Notes: generated by a model from the letters alone, not told the origin. Positions 1 to 13,962 are shown, numbered from the stretch's first letter. The stretch is 64,000 nt of DNA from Eledone cirrhosa (GCA_964016885.1 OZ024743.1:334738001-334802000), one strand, 5' to 3'. Made by a program: numbers and translations.

Positions 1-1
1 A

Positions 2-487
2 AGGGCCCTAAATAAACATAAACTCAATATTAAGATAGTAGAAATACCAGGTACCTCCGTAAAAACACTTATTAGCAAGACATACCCGTTCCAAAGACCC
101 TCATGTATAGATAAGAAATGTATAACCTGTAAAATAAGCCCCCATATTAACTGTAAAACTAGAAATGTAGTGTATAGCCTAAGATGTACTGAAGGACAAT
201 GTAGAAACAAAAATATAGTGTACATAGGTGAGACAGCTCGTAGTATAGGGGAACGGATAAATGAACACTGGCGAGACCTTCAAGATAATAAAGAATCATC
301 TGTACTCTACCAACATGCTAAGATAGAACACAAGGGTAAATTAGAGAACATAGAAATAAAAATAGAATCCACACACAGAAAAGATGCAATGTTTAGGCAA
401 ATTACAGAGGCAGTAAGCATAAAAGAATTACAACCAAAATTAAATAGAAAATATGAGTGGAACAGCAACATCACATCTTACAATTAA
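2..487 (+). mobile_element. Penelope-like retroelement ORF 3' end: Cys-rich linker plus GIY-YIG endonuclease (Neptune-type layout), truncated by the window edge
   Basis: Frame open from nt 2 to the stop at 487: ...PSCIDKKCITCKISPHINCKTRNVVYSLRC...YIGETARSIGERINEH...HAKIEH...RQITEAVSI...LNRKYEW. VVY/YIG motifs, catalytic R, E and N, and a CxxxxCxxC linker. Confidence 0.9.
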
Positions 488-691
488 GGACAAAATGAAA
501 ACACACACACACATAGAACAAACAACCAACCAACAACATGTAAATAAATAAACAAATAGATAAATGAACACAAACACACACAGACACCCGGATGTGGCGC
601 ATGCGCAAACTGAGCACACAACACACACACAGAAACAAAATGGCGTAGGACAGAAGAAAGGAAAGGCACAGAAACAAAGAAAGGAATCCCC

Positions 692-736
692 AGTCACTGA
701 AGAGGTCACAGAGTGGGTGACGAAAGGACTATGACT
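692..736 (+). ncRNA. Type I hammerhead ribozyme in the PLE 3' region (pLTR)
   Basis: agtca-CTGAAGA-g-gtcac(agagtgg)gtgac-GAAA-ggac-TA-tgact. Stem I agtca/tgact, stem II gtcac/gtgac. Same strand as, and about 200 nt after, the GIY-YIG ORF. Confidence 0.75.
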
Positions 737-869
737 ATATATACACAACTATCTGGTTGTGGAACCAACCAACCAACCAGAAATTTATAAGTTTGTAGAT
801 TTGTAAATTTATAAATTTATAAATATATAATAAATTGAAGTGAAAGCAACTGGTGCGTGTGTTTCTTAT

Positions 870-923
870 TGGCAACATGACCCTCCCAAAGTATAACAAT
901 ATCGGTTTCAACACACGATTTCA
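870..923 (+). repeat. PLE 3' tail shared with copies at ~50168-50232 (+) and ~59165-59212 (-)
   Basis: gaccctcccaaagtataacaatatcggtttcaacacacgatttca recurs as gaccctccccaagtataacaatatttgtttcgacacacgatttca, and its first part recurs in reverse complement. Each copy is near (TA)n. Confidence 0.65.
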
Positions 924-958
924 GATAAAGAATCTTACTAGACAAATTCAGAAACGAA

Positions 959-990
<32 letters not shown>

Positions 991-1080
991 TATATATATA
1001 TATATTTATTGTAAGATATATATATGTATGTATGTATATATGTATATATATACATACATGTACACATATATGTATATATA

Positions 1081-1650
1081 TGGTGGCTGCCAACTCGTTT
1101 TCGAGTACGTCCACTACATTATATCTATGTAGGAAAGCCCCTACCGATGCGTTGAACGAGTGTGACTTTTTAGTCCAGCCAGCGACTTGAAAACTCTGGT
1201 ACAAACACTACACTTATGACAATTATTGACACATAGTGTTGGGCCCATGGTACCATGCGACAAGTGCAGAGAGATCTCCAGATATAAAGCAATGCCTGTG
1301 ACGTGAAGCATTTATAATGAGCAAAGGCACTGCACAAAGCCAGTCACACTCTCTTAACCACGATGATATTTACCAAAAAGAACAAGTCGACATCATTGGA
1401 TACCATCAGGGTTGCAGGTGTTATATCATAATTTTCCTTCTCCTAGAATTCTGCCTTGACAAAGGCTAATGGGTCATCTCTCCCGATGATTTTGGAGCTC
1501 CTTTTCCCTTTGACAGATTTTGTTTTTAGTCCTGCAAGATGTCCAAAGTCACCCTCCTCACCAAGAAATCTTGCTGTGGTTGCGAGGTTAGTCGCAAACG
1601 ACCCGACCATGGGACAGGTTGTCCTGGGATACATGTTACCAGTAGCACCA
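1081..1650 (-). mobile_element. Non-coding ~600-bp RTE-like interspersed element (family A), slightly 5'-truncated copy
   Basis: Reverse complement of most of 42040-42646. Contains a ctaggagaaggaaaactctga-like motif recalled from RTE 5' UTRs and a 3' stem-loop ctcg-aaaa-cgag. Flanked by (TA)n. Confidence 0.65.
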
Positions 1651-2288
<638 letters not shown>

Positions 2289-2527
2289 CAATTAAGTTAA
2301 AGTGTACATCTATATATGTATACGGAAGTATCATTATGCATACATATATATATATATATATATATAAATACACATATGTATACATATGCACATGTACCGA
2401 GCTTTTCACTAGACACTTTACAGTGAGTGTCCAGCTAGTCTGTATGTAAACAGACGAACCGGGTTTTAGAGTCATACGAGTTTTCAAGGAAACACATTTC
2501 CTCTATTCTCCAGAGAGCCAGACAGGA

Positions 2528-2570
2528 ATATTGGACTAGTTTCGATGTTATTACATCTCATCAGCAATAT
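2528..2570 (-). ncRNA. Minimal type I hammerhead ribozyme, intact core
   Basis: Minus strand: atattg-CTGATGA-gatgt(aata)acatc-GAAA-ctag-TC-caatat. 6-bp stem I, 5-bp stem II, palindromic stem III, GUC site. Confidence 0.9.
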
Positions 2571-2827
2571 ATACCTATCTTTCCGGCTTCTCTGGAGAAT
2601 TGTAAAAGCACATATCGTTATATGCTTTTTCTATGAAAATCAGTAGTGGGCAGACTAATTTGCATAGAACGTGAGTCATTGTACGCACCGGTTCAGCGGA
2701 AACGATAAAAACGAATAACGAAACGAAATTAAATTTCGTTTCGCTTCTAACTCACTTTTGTATGACTGACGCTGAAACAATTAAGTTAAAGTGTACATCT
2801 ATATATGTATACGGAAGTATCAGTATG

Positions 2828-2891
<64 letters not shown>

Positions 2892-3048
2892 CACATATGT
2901 ATACATATGCACATGTACCGAGCTTTTCACAAGACACTTTACAGTGAGTGTCCAGCTAGTCTGTATGTAAACAGACGAACCGGGTTTTAGAGTCATACGA
3001 GTTTTCAAGGAAACACATTTCCTCTATTCTCCAGAGAGCCAGACAGGA

Positions 3049-3091
3049 ATATTGGACTAGTTTCGATGTTATTACATCTGATCAGCAATAT
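3049..3091 (-). ncRNA. Hammerhead ribozyme copy with a G8C core mutation (predicted inactive)
   Basis: Same as 2528-2570 but the core reads CTGATCA. Confidence 0.8.
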
Positions 3092-3348
3092 ATACCTATC
3101 TTTCCGGCTTCTCTGGAGAATTGTAAAAGCACATATCGTTATATGCTTTTTCCATGAAAATCAGTAGTGGGCAGACTAATTTGCATAGAACGTGAGTCAT
3201 TGTACGCACCGGTTCAGCGGAAACGATAAAAACGAATAACGAAACGAAATTAAATTTCGTTTCGCTTCTAACTCACTTTTGTATGACTGACGCTTAAACA
3301 ATTAAGTTAAAGTGTACATCTATATATGTATACGGAAGTATCAGTATG

Positions 3349-3402
<54 letters not shown>

Positions 3403-3735
3403 CACATATGTATACATATGCACATGTACCGAGCTTTTCACTAGACACTTTACAGTGAGTGTCCAGTTAGTCTGTATGCATACTGATACTTCCGTATACA
3501 TATATAGATGTACACTTTAACTTAATTGTTTAAGCGTCAGTCATACAAAAGTGAGTTAGAAGCGAAACGAAATTTAATTTCGTTTCGTTATTCGTTTTTA
3601 TCGTTTCCGCTGAACCGGTGCGTACAATGACTCACGTTCTATGCAAATTAGTCTGCCCACTACTGATTTTCATAGAAAAAGCATATAACGATATGTGCTT
3701 TTACAATTCTCCAGAGAAGCCGGAAAGATAGGTAT

Positions 3736-3778
3736 ATATTGCTGATGAGATGTAATAACATCGAAACTAGTCCAATAT
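3736..3778 (+). ncRNA. Minimal type I hammerhead ribozyme, intact core
   Basis: atattg-CTGATGA-gatgt(aata)acatc-GAAA-ctag-TC-caatat. Confidence 0.9.
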
Positions 3779-3935
3779 TCCTGTCTGGCTCTCTGGGGAA
3801 TAGAGGAAATGTGTTTCCTTGAAAACTCGTATGACTCTAAAACCCGGTTCGTCTGTTTACATACAGACTAGCTGGACACTCACTGTAAAGTGTCTAGTGA
3901 AAAGCTCGGTACATGTGCATATGTATACATATGTG

Positions 3936-3981
<46 letters not shown>

Positions 3982-4102
3982 CATACTGATACTTCCGTAT
4001 ACATATATAGATGTACACTTTAACTTAATTGTTTAAGCGTCAGTCATACAAAAGTGAGTTAGAAGCGAAACGAAATTTAATTTCGTTTCGTTATTCGTTT
4101 TT

Positions 4103-4422
4103 ATATATATACATATATATACATATATATATACATATATATATACATATATATATACATATATATATATATATACATATACATATACATATATATATAT
4201 ATATATACATATATATATACATATATATATATACATATATATATACATATATATATATATATACATATATATATACATATATATATATACATATATATAT
4301 ACATATATACTTATACATATATATACACATACACATATACATATACATTTATATATATACATATATATATATATATATACATATATATACATATATATAT
4401 ACATATACACATACATATATAC

Positions 4423-4454
<32 letters not shown>

Positions 4455-4534
4455 ATACATATATATATATACATATATATATATATACATATATACATAT
4501 ATATATATACATATATATATATATACATATATAC

Positions 4535-4585
<51 letters not shown>

Positions 4586-4624
4586 CACACATATATACAT
4601 ACATATATATATATATATACATAT

Positions 4625-4701
<77 letters not shown>

Positions 4702-4757
4702 TATATACATACATATATGCATTTATACATATATATATACATACATACATATATATA
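4103..4757. repeat. Long (TA)n/(TACA)n microsatellite
   Basis: Directly visible. Confidence 0.95.
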
Positions 4758-5145
4758 TTTGTCAAGGCAGAATTCTAGGAGAAGGAAAACTCTGATATAA
4801 CACCTTCAACTCTGATGGTATCCAATGATGTTGACCTGTTTTTCTTTCTATAAATATCATCTTGGTTAAGAGAGTGGGACTGGCTTTGTGCAGTGCCTTT
4901 GCTCACTATAAAAGCTTCACGGCACAGGCATTGCTTTATATCTGGAGATCTCTCTGCACTTGTCGTCACATGGTGCCATGGGCCCAGCACTATGTGTAAA
5001 TAATTGTCACAACTGTAGTGTTTGTACCAGAGTTTTCAAGTCGCTGGCTGGACTAAAAAGTCACACTCGTTCAGCGCATCGGTAGGGGTTCTCCTACATG
5101 GATATAAAGTAGTGGCCGTACTCGAAAACGAGTTGGCAGCCACCA
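4758..5145 (+). mobile_element. Family A element, 5'-truncated copy
   Basis: Matches 42258-42646 and ends in gagttggcagccacca. Confidence 0.8.
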
Positions 5146-5217
5146 TGTCTGTATGTATGTGCACAGTCTTTCATCACTTAAAAAAAACTTCACGCACAGG
5201 CATTGCACGATAGCATT

Positions 5218-5393
5218 ATCGGTAGAGGGTTCGACGCCATGCTTTGACGCATAGAGTTACGGCCCTTGCCATTCTGAGTTCAAATCCCGCCGAGGTTAAC
5301 TTTGCCTTTCATCCTTACAGGGTCGATAAAATAAAGTATCAGTAATACACTGGGATAAATGCTGGCCTTGTGCCAAAAGTAGAAACAATTATT
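5218..5393 (+). mobile_element. tRNA-derived SINE (major family)
   Basis: B-box gagttcaaatcc, central gcctttcatccttacagggtcgataaaataaagta, tail ggccttgtgccaaaagtagaaacaatt. More than 12 copies in the window. Confidence 0.85.
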
Positions 5394-5398
5394 AATAT

Positions 5399-5593
5399 GG
5401 CGGTGGATTGGCAGTATCGGTAGAAGATCGGACGCCATACTTTGCAGCATAGAGTTACGTTCCTTTACAGTCTGAGTTCAATTCCTGCCGAGCTCAAATT
5501 TGCCTTTCATCCTTACGGGGTCTATAAAATAAAGTACCAGTAATGCACTGGATAATTGTTGGCCTTGTGCAAAATGTAAAAACAATTATTATT
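5399..5593 (+). mobile_element. tRNA-derived SINE (major family), tandem second copy
   Basis: Head ggcggtggattggcagtatcggtag, B-box-like gagttcaattcc, same tail. Confidence 0.85.
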
Positions 5594-6386
5594 AATGTTA
5601 TATCGTGCAATGGCCATACTCGATAACGAGGGGGTATATATATATATGTATGTATCTACGTATATATATTATGTATGTATCTACGTATATATCTATGTAT
5701 CTGTATGTATGTATGGATGTATGGATGTATGTATGCATGAATGAATGTATGTATATTTGCATAAAAATATATAAGTATATGTGCGCATATTTGTATGTAG
5801 GTATGTATATTTGTATGCATATGTACGCATGTATGCATATGTATGTATGTATTTGTATGCATGCTTGTATGTATGTATGTATGTATGCATGTATGTAAGT
5901 ATGTATGTATGTATGTATGCATGTACATATGTATGTATGTTCGTATGTATGCGTGTATCTGTATGTAGTGGAACTACGGCGCACCTCTCAATAGCGACAT
6001 TTTCATATGCAATAAGGTCAAACTGACCAATGGGGAGTTGCGTATGAATACATGGTCAATCTCACTCTCGCTCTCTGGTGAAAAACCTCAGACAGCACTC
6101 GAGAGACCAGACAGACCGAGCGGACCAGAAGATGATATGGACGCGTGAAGAATTATTATAAAATGACTCTTAGATTCCTTTCAACAAATAAAATAATATT
6201 TATAGAGGATTGAGCGTTAAAGAGATATTTATTTATATCCTGGAATTCAGAAGCATTTACTACCAATGAGAAGCTACCAACTCTTCGATTAAGTTATTTC
6301 ACTTATATCGCTTATAAATAAGATTCTTCAAAGACTGATAACATGCAATTATAAAAAGATATAGATAAAATTTAACCCCCTCATCC

Positions 6387-6454
<68 letters not shown>

Positions 6455-6595
6455 GGTTTCGAGGTTCAAATTCGTCTACCGAACAGGTTTGAATTTTGAA
6501 ATTTAAATATGTCCAGGAATCATGGCCGTTGCCATTATAATCTTGTCTTTATTGACTTGTATCGAGACAGACAAATTGTATTCACTTTTATTAGT

Positions 6596-7087
6596 TTCCT
6601 GTCGCATGGTGGGGTCGTCGGCGACTAAACCGGCCACCCAACTAAGTTTACTTGGTGAGGAGGGTGATTTTGGACACCCTGCAGGACAAAAAACAAAACC
6701 TGACAAATGGCGGAAGAACACATAAAAGACAACGGCCATCCAAAAGTGTATAAATATGTATATACACATGTACCGCGCGGTTAAACCACTGGGAGTGAAG
6801 GACCCCTAGCCTTTATCAGGGAAATCTTCTAGGAGAAGGGAACTTGGGAAACTGGGATAACTCCGATATAAAATCTGCGGCTCAGTAGTTACCGATGATG
6901 TTAATCTTTTCTTCTTTTCGGGTTATAGCTACTGTCGCTCAGAGAGTGGGATTGGCTCAGTGCACAGTCTTTCCTCACTTTAAAACATATGTTCACGCAC
7001 AGGCATTGTAGGATAGTATTAATTGATAATTATTAATAATGTTATATCATGCAATGGCCATACTCGATAACGAGGGGGCAGCCATCA
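6596..7087 (+). mobile_element. Divergent relative of family A ending in (TGTA)n
   Basis: Shares cctgtc.catggt.gggtcg..ggcgactaa, cttggtgaggagggtga, tctaggagaagg and agagagtggga. 3' hairpin ctcg-ataa-cgag. Confidence 0.7.
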
Positions 7088-7101
7088 TGTATGTATGTAT
7101 G

Positions 7102-7135
<34 letters not shown>

Positions 7136-7529
7136 TGTATGTATGTATGTATGTATGTATGTATGTATGTACATATGTATATATGTAGTAGAATGCCAGT
7201 TCCTTCTTGCTCATCTGAAAAACACACACTAACCAAGAAATTGCATGTGTCCTATTATTGTATATTAATCTATTTATTGATTAACTCGTGCTAATAAATT
7301 ACATCTCATTTGATACTCTGCGGGACACTGTTGACCTCCTAATAAAATAACCAATCACTGGCATCTAGTTTTGGAATACTTAGGTTAGAAACGATGTTGG
7401 TATTAATTAACTAAAATTCTTCATCGTTTGTTTACACTTCTTTGAAACCCTTTCATCACGAAAATTACGAATTACATTCTTAATCGCTGTACATTATATA
7501 TTTACGGAGAATACTCACTCTATAACCTC

Positions 7530-8226
<697 letters not shown>

Positions 8227-8227
8227 G

Positions 8228-8258
<31 letters not shown>

Positions 8259-8522
8259 AAGATTGAAGAATAGCATGGTCGGCTGTACAAAAAGGGTTTT
8301 ATTTCAAGTATGAACAATTGTTTCATTGATCAGGTGAGTCGAAAGGCCGCTAATCACTTGAAGTTGCGTCACTCGACCTTAAATACAGTGTTTACCTCTG
8401 AAGGTTGAGTGACGCAGCCTCGAGTGATTAGCGGCCTTTAGACTCACCTGATCAATGAAACAATTGTTAATACTTGAAATAAAACCCTTTTTGTACAGCC
8501 GACCATGTTATTCTTCAATCTT
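8259..8522. repeat. Fold-back inverted repeat with a degenerate long-stem-II HHR
   Basis: Arms aagattgaagaa.../...ttcttcaatctt. The right arm has CTGAAGG-ttga...tcaa-t-GAAA-caattg-TT. Confidence 0.75.
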
Positions 8523-8968
8523 AAAACTCCTATTACTCCAAGGATAACCTGCATAGGAATAACCTAAATATGGAAACCTCTTGTTGAGTCAAACAAAGCC
8601 GTACGTTAAAACTATCCACAATACAGAGTACTCACAACCTCTAGCTGGATTACCTATAACAATAATTTGTTATCCCTTATATATATATATATATCCCAGC
8701 CGAACCTTGTATCCACTATTCAAAGGGGCCCACATAGTAGTCTGCAGACATAACAACCATCCCCTGTCTCCTCCCCCTCCCCCTGCTTCTACCCCCTCCA
8801 GTCACAACGAAGCCATTAGCAGAGAATGATGGACAGACAAATTTACTTTCTTCTCTGAAGGATCAGGCATGTGAAAACTAACTTATCTTCTTCTCTGTCT
8901 CTATTTTTTTCATATCATTTTTTTCACTATTTGTACAAATATGCAACTTAACAATATTCTACATATTC

Positions 8969-9006
8969 GCAATTGACAATGCATTTAATGCTGAAACCGG
9001 TATTGT
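8969..9006 (+). ncRNA. Minimal hammerhead ribozyme, U3-A8 variant
   Basis: gcaa-TTGACAA-t-gcat(tta)atgc-t-GAAA-ccgg-TA-ttgt. Confidence 0.65.
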
Positions 9007-9098
9007 AAATAAATTAATGCTTTGAAATTAACTAAAAATATCTCTTCAACATTTTCTACAAAAAAATATTTTCCCTTTCTTTAATTTGTTTAAATGTA

Positions 9099-9158
<60 letters not shown>

Positions 9159-9262
9159 TAACAGATTAAAGTTTAAGCAAAGAATCGGTGCTTTCACCCT
9201 TAACGGCATCTTCTGAAACTAACAACGTCAATCTGGATTTTAGTCTTCAAATTTATTAGTAT

Positions 9263-9295
<33 letters not shown>

Positions 9296-9488
9296 AATGG
9301 AAGGTTAGTAAAAGCGAAGTTTTGGCGGTGACCAAGCTAACAAGATACAATTAGGTTTATGCAAAGCACTCGAGAAGGGTATATTACCAAATTGTAATTA
9401 ACACACGTTAGATAGCGTGACAAAATGAAAACTGAGGCAAGCTGACCTAGCCACATAATACACCAAAGCAATGAAAATGCATTCAGGT

Positions 9489-9520
<32 letters not shown>

Positions 9521-10316
9521 TAAAAGAAAGGAAAATGATGTATCCTCTTTTGGCACTGTTAGGCCAAAATACTAAAGAAACTACCACGAAATAATAATTC
9601 AGAGTCCCGAGACTAATACGAAATAATGGTTTCTACCCTAGGCACAAGGCCAGCAACCACCCAGTGCAAAAAATAAACTAATACGAAATAATAATTCAGA
9701 ATCCCGAAAAAGAATACTAATACTATCTCTAAGGGTGCCGCTACGATACAAAAATTCTAGTGCAAACTACATAAATGCTCGTACGAAGTATATGAAAAAT
9801 TTGATACGGAAAATTAATTCAGAATCCCTGGTAGTTTCTTTAGTATTTTGGCCCCCCACTTGTTGACCCGTCACCGTAAGATATACTCGGTTGATTACTA
9901 CTACCTCTTAAAAGGGTCTCATTATAATTCCGTCCCACCTAGTAAACCTTTCTTTAGTCTAGCAGTACCAGTGAGAGACTTGATCGCTGTCCTTAGGTTA
10001 TAGTAACCAGAATTTTTTTTTTTTATATTTAATTGTTTTTTAAACATTCTCGGTGTTTTTCTATAGATTTACCCCATATTGTTTTACTTATTGTTTCGAC
10101 TTCCTCCCCCTCCCTAGTATACTTCCTTGACCTCCTGCCCTGTTGTAGTTGGCACTATCAACGCACGACTTTTTTCCTCCACCCCCTCTCCCTCTTTCTT
10201 CTACTGGCAGGTTCAGCTATCCCTTCCTTCCACAAATTGCCATGATAGAATTATGTGTCTCAACAACAAACTTTTGGCCAATCCTTGTGACAATCACTTT
10301 TACCATAAATGGAATT

Positions 10317-10412
10317 ACCCCCTGAGAAGCTCGGCTATTCATATACCAGGATAAACATTTTCATTTTGTCCAGAATTAGCCGTCGAAACGGCTTGAGCTC
10401 AGCCGTCGGGGT
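10317..10412 (+). ncRNA. Hammerhead ribozyme with full stem III and long stem II; C3-A8 mismatch
   Basis: acccc-CTGAGAA-...cggcta...tagccg-tc-GAAA-cggct(tgagctc)agccg-TC-ggggt. The 3' half and tail recur at 14281-14492 and 40057-40250. Confidence 0.65.
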
Positions 10413-10523
10413 CCTACTCGTTCCTATTACCCACTCTACTACCCTAAGTATTGAGTACTTTGGTGCGTTATGGTCCACCTGGTTCCTTACCACATTTCCT
10501 TCGTTATATATATATATAAAATA

Positions 10524-10823
10524 TCTAGAAATTGATTAACATGTAAATAAACATGAATAATCACAGGAGATAATTTTTACAAGTGTGTAACCACACATAG
10601 CTAGGTAGGTAACTAAATAAAGTTGACCAGAACTTCAAAAATAGATACCTTATATTTCTTTAATGGAATATATACAGGGAAGATTAATCATATTATAAGG
10701 TATCTATTTTTGAAGTTCTGGTCAACTTTATTTAGTTACCTACCTAGTTATGTGTGGTTACACACTTGTAAAAATTATCTCCTGTGATTATTCATGTTTA
10801 TTTATATGTTAATCAATTTCTAG
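10524..10823. repeat. Fold-back inverted repeat (~130-bp arms)
   Basis: ctagaaattgattaaca...gatacctta versus taaggtatc...gttaatcaatttctag. Confidence 0.9.
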
Positions 10824-10953
10824 TTATTATAAAATGCTTGGACCTACTCGTTAGAATCTTAGAGCTTATTTTGCGGGTGATATGGCGCATGTCTTTCTGG
10901 CATGACACCCATAATTTTGATTTAGATTAAATTCATTTGATTTATCTTAATTT

Positions 10954-11020
<67 letters not shown>

Positions 11021-11357
11021 TATAGAGTAAAGCATATCCAGAGAATTATTTGATAATATATATACATCATCTCTACTCCCAATCAGCATAATTAACCACA
11101 CAAAAATCAATTAGACCAGGCTATAAGAATAAAAGGCATCTATGTAGAAACACTAAATAAATACGCTATCGTGGCGTCTTCGCGTGCAACCGCTATAGAA
11201 TATTTACCCAACATTTCAACAGCGTCTGGAAATTAATTAAATACAATTAAATAGTATTTCGCTCTGATTAATTTATTAATTCTCCATTGAGCCAGATCGT
11301 CGTGAAAAGTTGCAAAAACAAATATATACCTGTGACTTTGTTTAATTGGTGTATGTG

Positions 11358-11409
<52 letters not shown>

Positions 11410-11410
<1 letters not shown>

Positions 11411-12939
11411 TAGCAGAAGTGCCCGGCGTTACTCGGGGCTGAATTGTTTGAAACTACTGTTAATGATTGCACTGAATTATGATTATTCAGGCAAAGATTG
11501 ATATAAGTTTACGCCAAATGAATCTATTTGTAAGTGTATAAAAAGCCCCGTGAAGGGGTTCCTACCCCCTCGTAGAATGGTGTAAGAATTGAATGTGAGG
11601 TTGCCTTGAAAAGGGCCATGTTATTGTTCTCATAATTGTAAGAATTTGATAGTCGTGGAAGGGGGTGTAAAACGTTCGCAGGTGAATAGGGCCTCTTCGT
11701 TTTCCACGAACGGCAGCGGATGTGCTGTTACAAAACTTAATGGTGTGTTAAAAGAGAATCGATGCCCTATGTAGGCAAGAGGGGAATTAAGTATGGGTAA
11801 GTAAATACGGGTAAATTTATAAAATCTAGAACAATAGCATCTACTCACCATATGTCAGACCGGCAAAACTGTAATGGTGCTGAAGGGATGAATCACAACA
11901 CGTCTATGGTGGAGATGTTGTTTTCATTGATCGGCGTTATGAGTAAATTTTTTGTTGTATAAAATGATCTGTTGCTTAGTTTTGAAAGTGTATGTTGCGA
12001 TCGTGTTGTCGCTGATGTAAACTTTAATAGTGAGAGTGTAGATGTAGGGGTAGATGTCTTATGTACGTTGGATATAGAAGATGAGGTTGCTGGTTTGATG
12101 ACGAATGGATGGAAATAGAGGTGAGCGGAGGACAGGTGTTGGTTAAGTGTGAAGTAATTTCAGGAAATGCCTAAAAATGTAAATGCCATCATAAAAGAGA
12201 GTCGTATGTAAGTGAAATACTAACGTGTTGTTCCAAAATGATGACGCGTAGTAATCCTATAAAACCTCCTTGTACACAATGTTTTTCGTCTTTCGTTGTG
12301 GAACGAACGCGAAAGCATCACTGTTGCTGCCGACACGCGAGCAGCCAACGTAAAGCAGACCATGAGAGAAACATGGCTCCCCCAAATGTATTCCCGCCAC
12401 AGACAGTGTTTGAGTGAGTGTGTGTTTGTATGTGTTTGTAAATAAATCATTAAGTTTGAAGCAACTAAAAGTTAGTGTGGTTATAAATCACGCACGTTGT
12501 TTAATTGCTTTAACTGTTTTTTTATCATTTGAAGTGAGTGTGTGTTTGTATGCGTTTGGAAATAAATCAGTAAGTTTGAAGTATAAAAGAGAAAGTAGCA
12601 AAATGTGTGGGTTGTAGATAGAGGGGTGCAGATGATATGAGCGAGTAAAACGGACAGTATCACCATCAAGCTTGGAAACAGAAAGTAGCAAAAATTATGA
12701 AGTTATATAGATTTTGAAGGGTAATGGAAAGAGTTTAGCACTTGAAATGGGAGACGAAAAATCGTAAAATATTGAGTTTTATCGATTTTTTGCGTAATTG
12801 TGGGTGAAATTGAAAAAATTATATGTGCCAAACAAAATCGAAGCTATTTCGAATACTGAATTGTAAATTTCAATTGAAGAAATTCTATATCGTAGATTTC
12901 TATAACAAAGGAGCATGACCATACACTGAGCTTTATAGA
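11410..12939 (-). mobile_element. Non-autonomous Helitron
   Basis: Minus strand A|TCTATAAAGC...GC-rich hairpin (cccgag-taacg-ccggg)...CTAG|T. No TSD. Internal duplication at ~12410-12590. Confidence 0.7.
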
Positions 12940-12946
12940 TTATGAT

Positions 12947-13082
12947 AAGTGGTTACACAACAATTAGTTCACCATACCGAGAAAAATTGTTTCACCTTAG
13001 CGGATCCTCAGCTCGTAATGACGATCCGCTAAGGTGAAACAATCGTTCTCGGTATGGTGAACTAACTGTTGTGTAACCACTT
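12947..13082. repeat. Fold-back inverted repeat containing HHR motifs
   Basis: Minus 12978-13015: cgag-CTGAGGA-tcc(gctaa)ggt-GAAA-caatttt-t-ctcg. The plus arm has aTGACGA-tccgctaaggt-GAAA-caatcg-TT-ctcg. Confidence 0.75.
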
Positions 13083-13146
13083 CTACCTAACTCGTCCCAT
13101 GGACTGAGTGGTCTACCACTACGGATATTATCTTCCAGTGTACTAG

Positions 13147-13185
<39 letters not shown>

Positions 13186-13216
13186 AATATAAAAGAATGA
13201 AACTAAATTATATATA

Positions 13217-13270
<54 letters not shown>

Positions 13271-13278
13271 TATATATA

Positions 13279-13342
<64 letters not shown>

Positions 13343-13407
13343 TATATATATATATATATATTTATATGTATATATATATAGATATATATATATATATGTA
13401 TACATTC

Positions 13408-13458
<51 letters not shown>

Positions 13459-13465
13459 CACATGT

Positions 13466-13812
13466 ATCAATGATATTAATAAATGGAAACTATATTTATA
13501 AAACCATATTTATTCTATTATATATATTTCAAAGGTACCAAAACTTTGGTACGCCCTCATCAGATAAAATACAAAGTTTGTTTTATAAATATTGACATAT
13601 CCAGGAACGAGATCTTAACGGTTCAAGTTATTCCTGGGATAACTTGAATAACTTGAACCGTTAAGATCTCGTTCTTGGATATGTTACTATTTAGAAAACA
13701 AAGTTTGTATTTTATCTGATGAGAGCGTACCAACCTTTTGTTACCTTTGAAATATATATAATAGATAAATATGGTTATATAAATATAGGTTCCATTTATT
13801 AATATCATTGAT
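13466..13812. repeat. Fold-back inverted repeat with an HHR motif in each arm
   Basis: Plus: CTGATGA at 13716 ... GAAA at 13749 - tatata. Minus: CTGATGA at 13563-13557, stem gtacc/ggtac, GAAA at 13530-13527. Stem I register is imperfect. Confidence 0.8.
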
Positions 13813-13905
13813 ATTACACTCCAGTAAATCTATCGAGTGCTTCGAATCAGTTATAAATATATATATTTGTTGAATTACCATCAAATTAAATATCCCTTTG
13901 CTTAT

Positions 13906-13962
<57 letters not shown>

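Larger units (their letters stand above)
2289..4102. repeat. Tandem plus inverted array of ~490-520-bp units, each full unit carrying a hammerhead ribozyme (retrozyme/PLE-pLTR-like)
   Basis: Units start at 2289, 2778 and 3299 (third partial to ~3478). The inverted copy spans 3473-4102. Units are near-identical apart from the internal (TA)n length. Confidence 0.9.

Noticed and set aside
9181-9220. HHR on the minus strand (also ~33915-33950 plus, ~23455-23490, ~43432-43470, 43655-43683)
   Set aside because: The core or stem I is too degenerate to call individually. They are probably decayed relatives.
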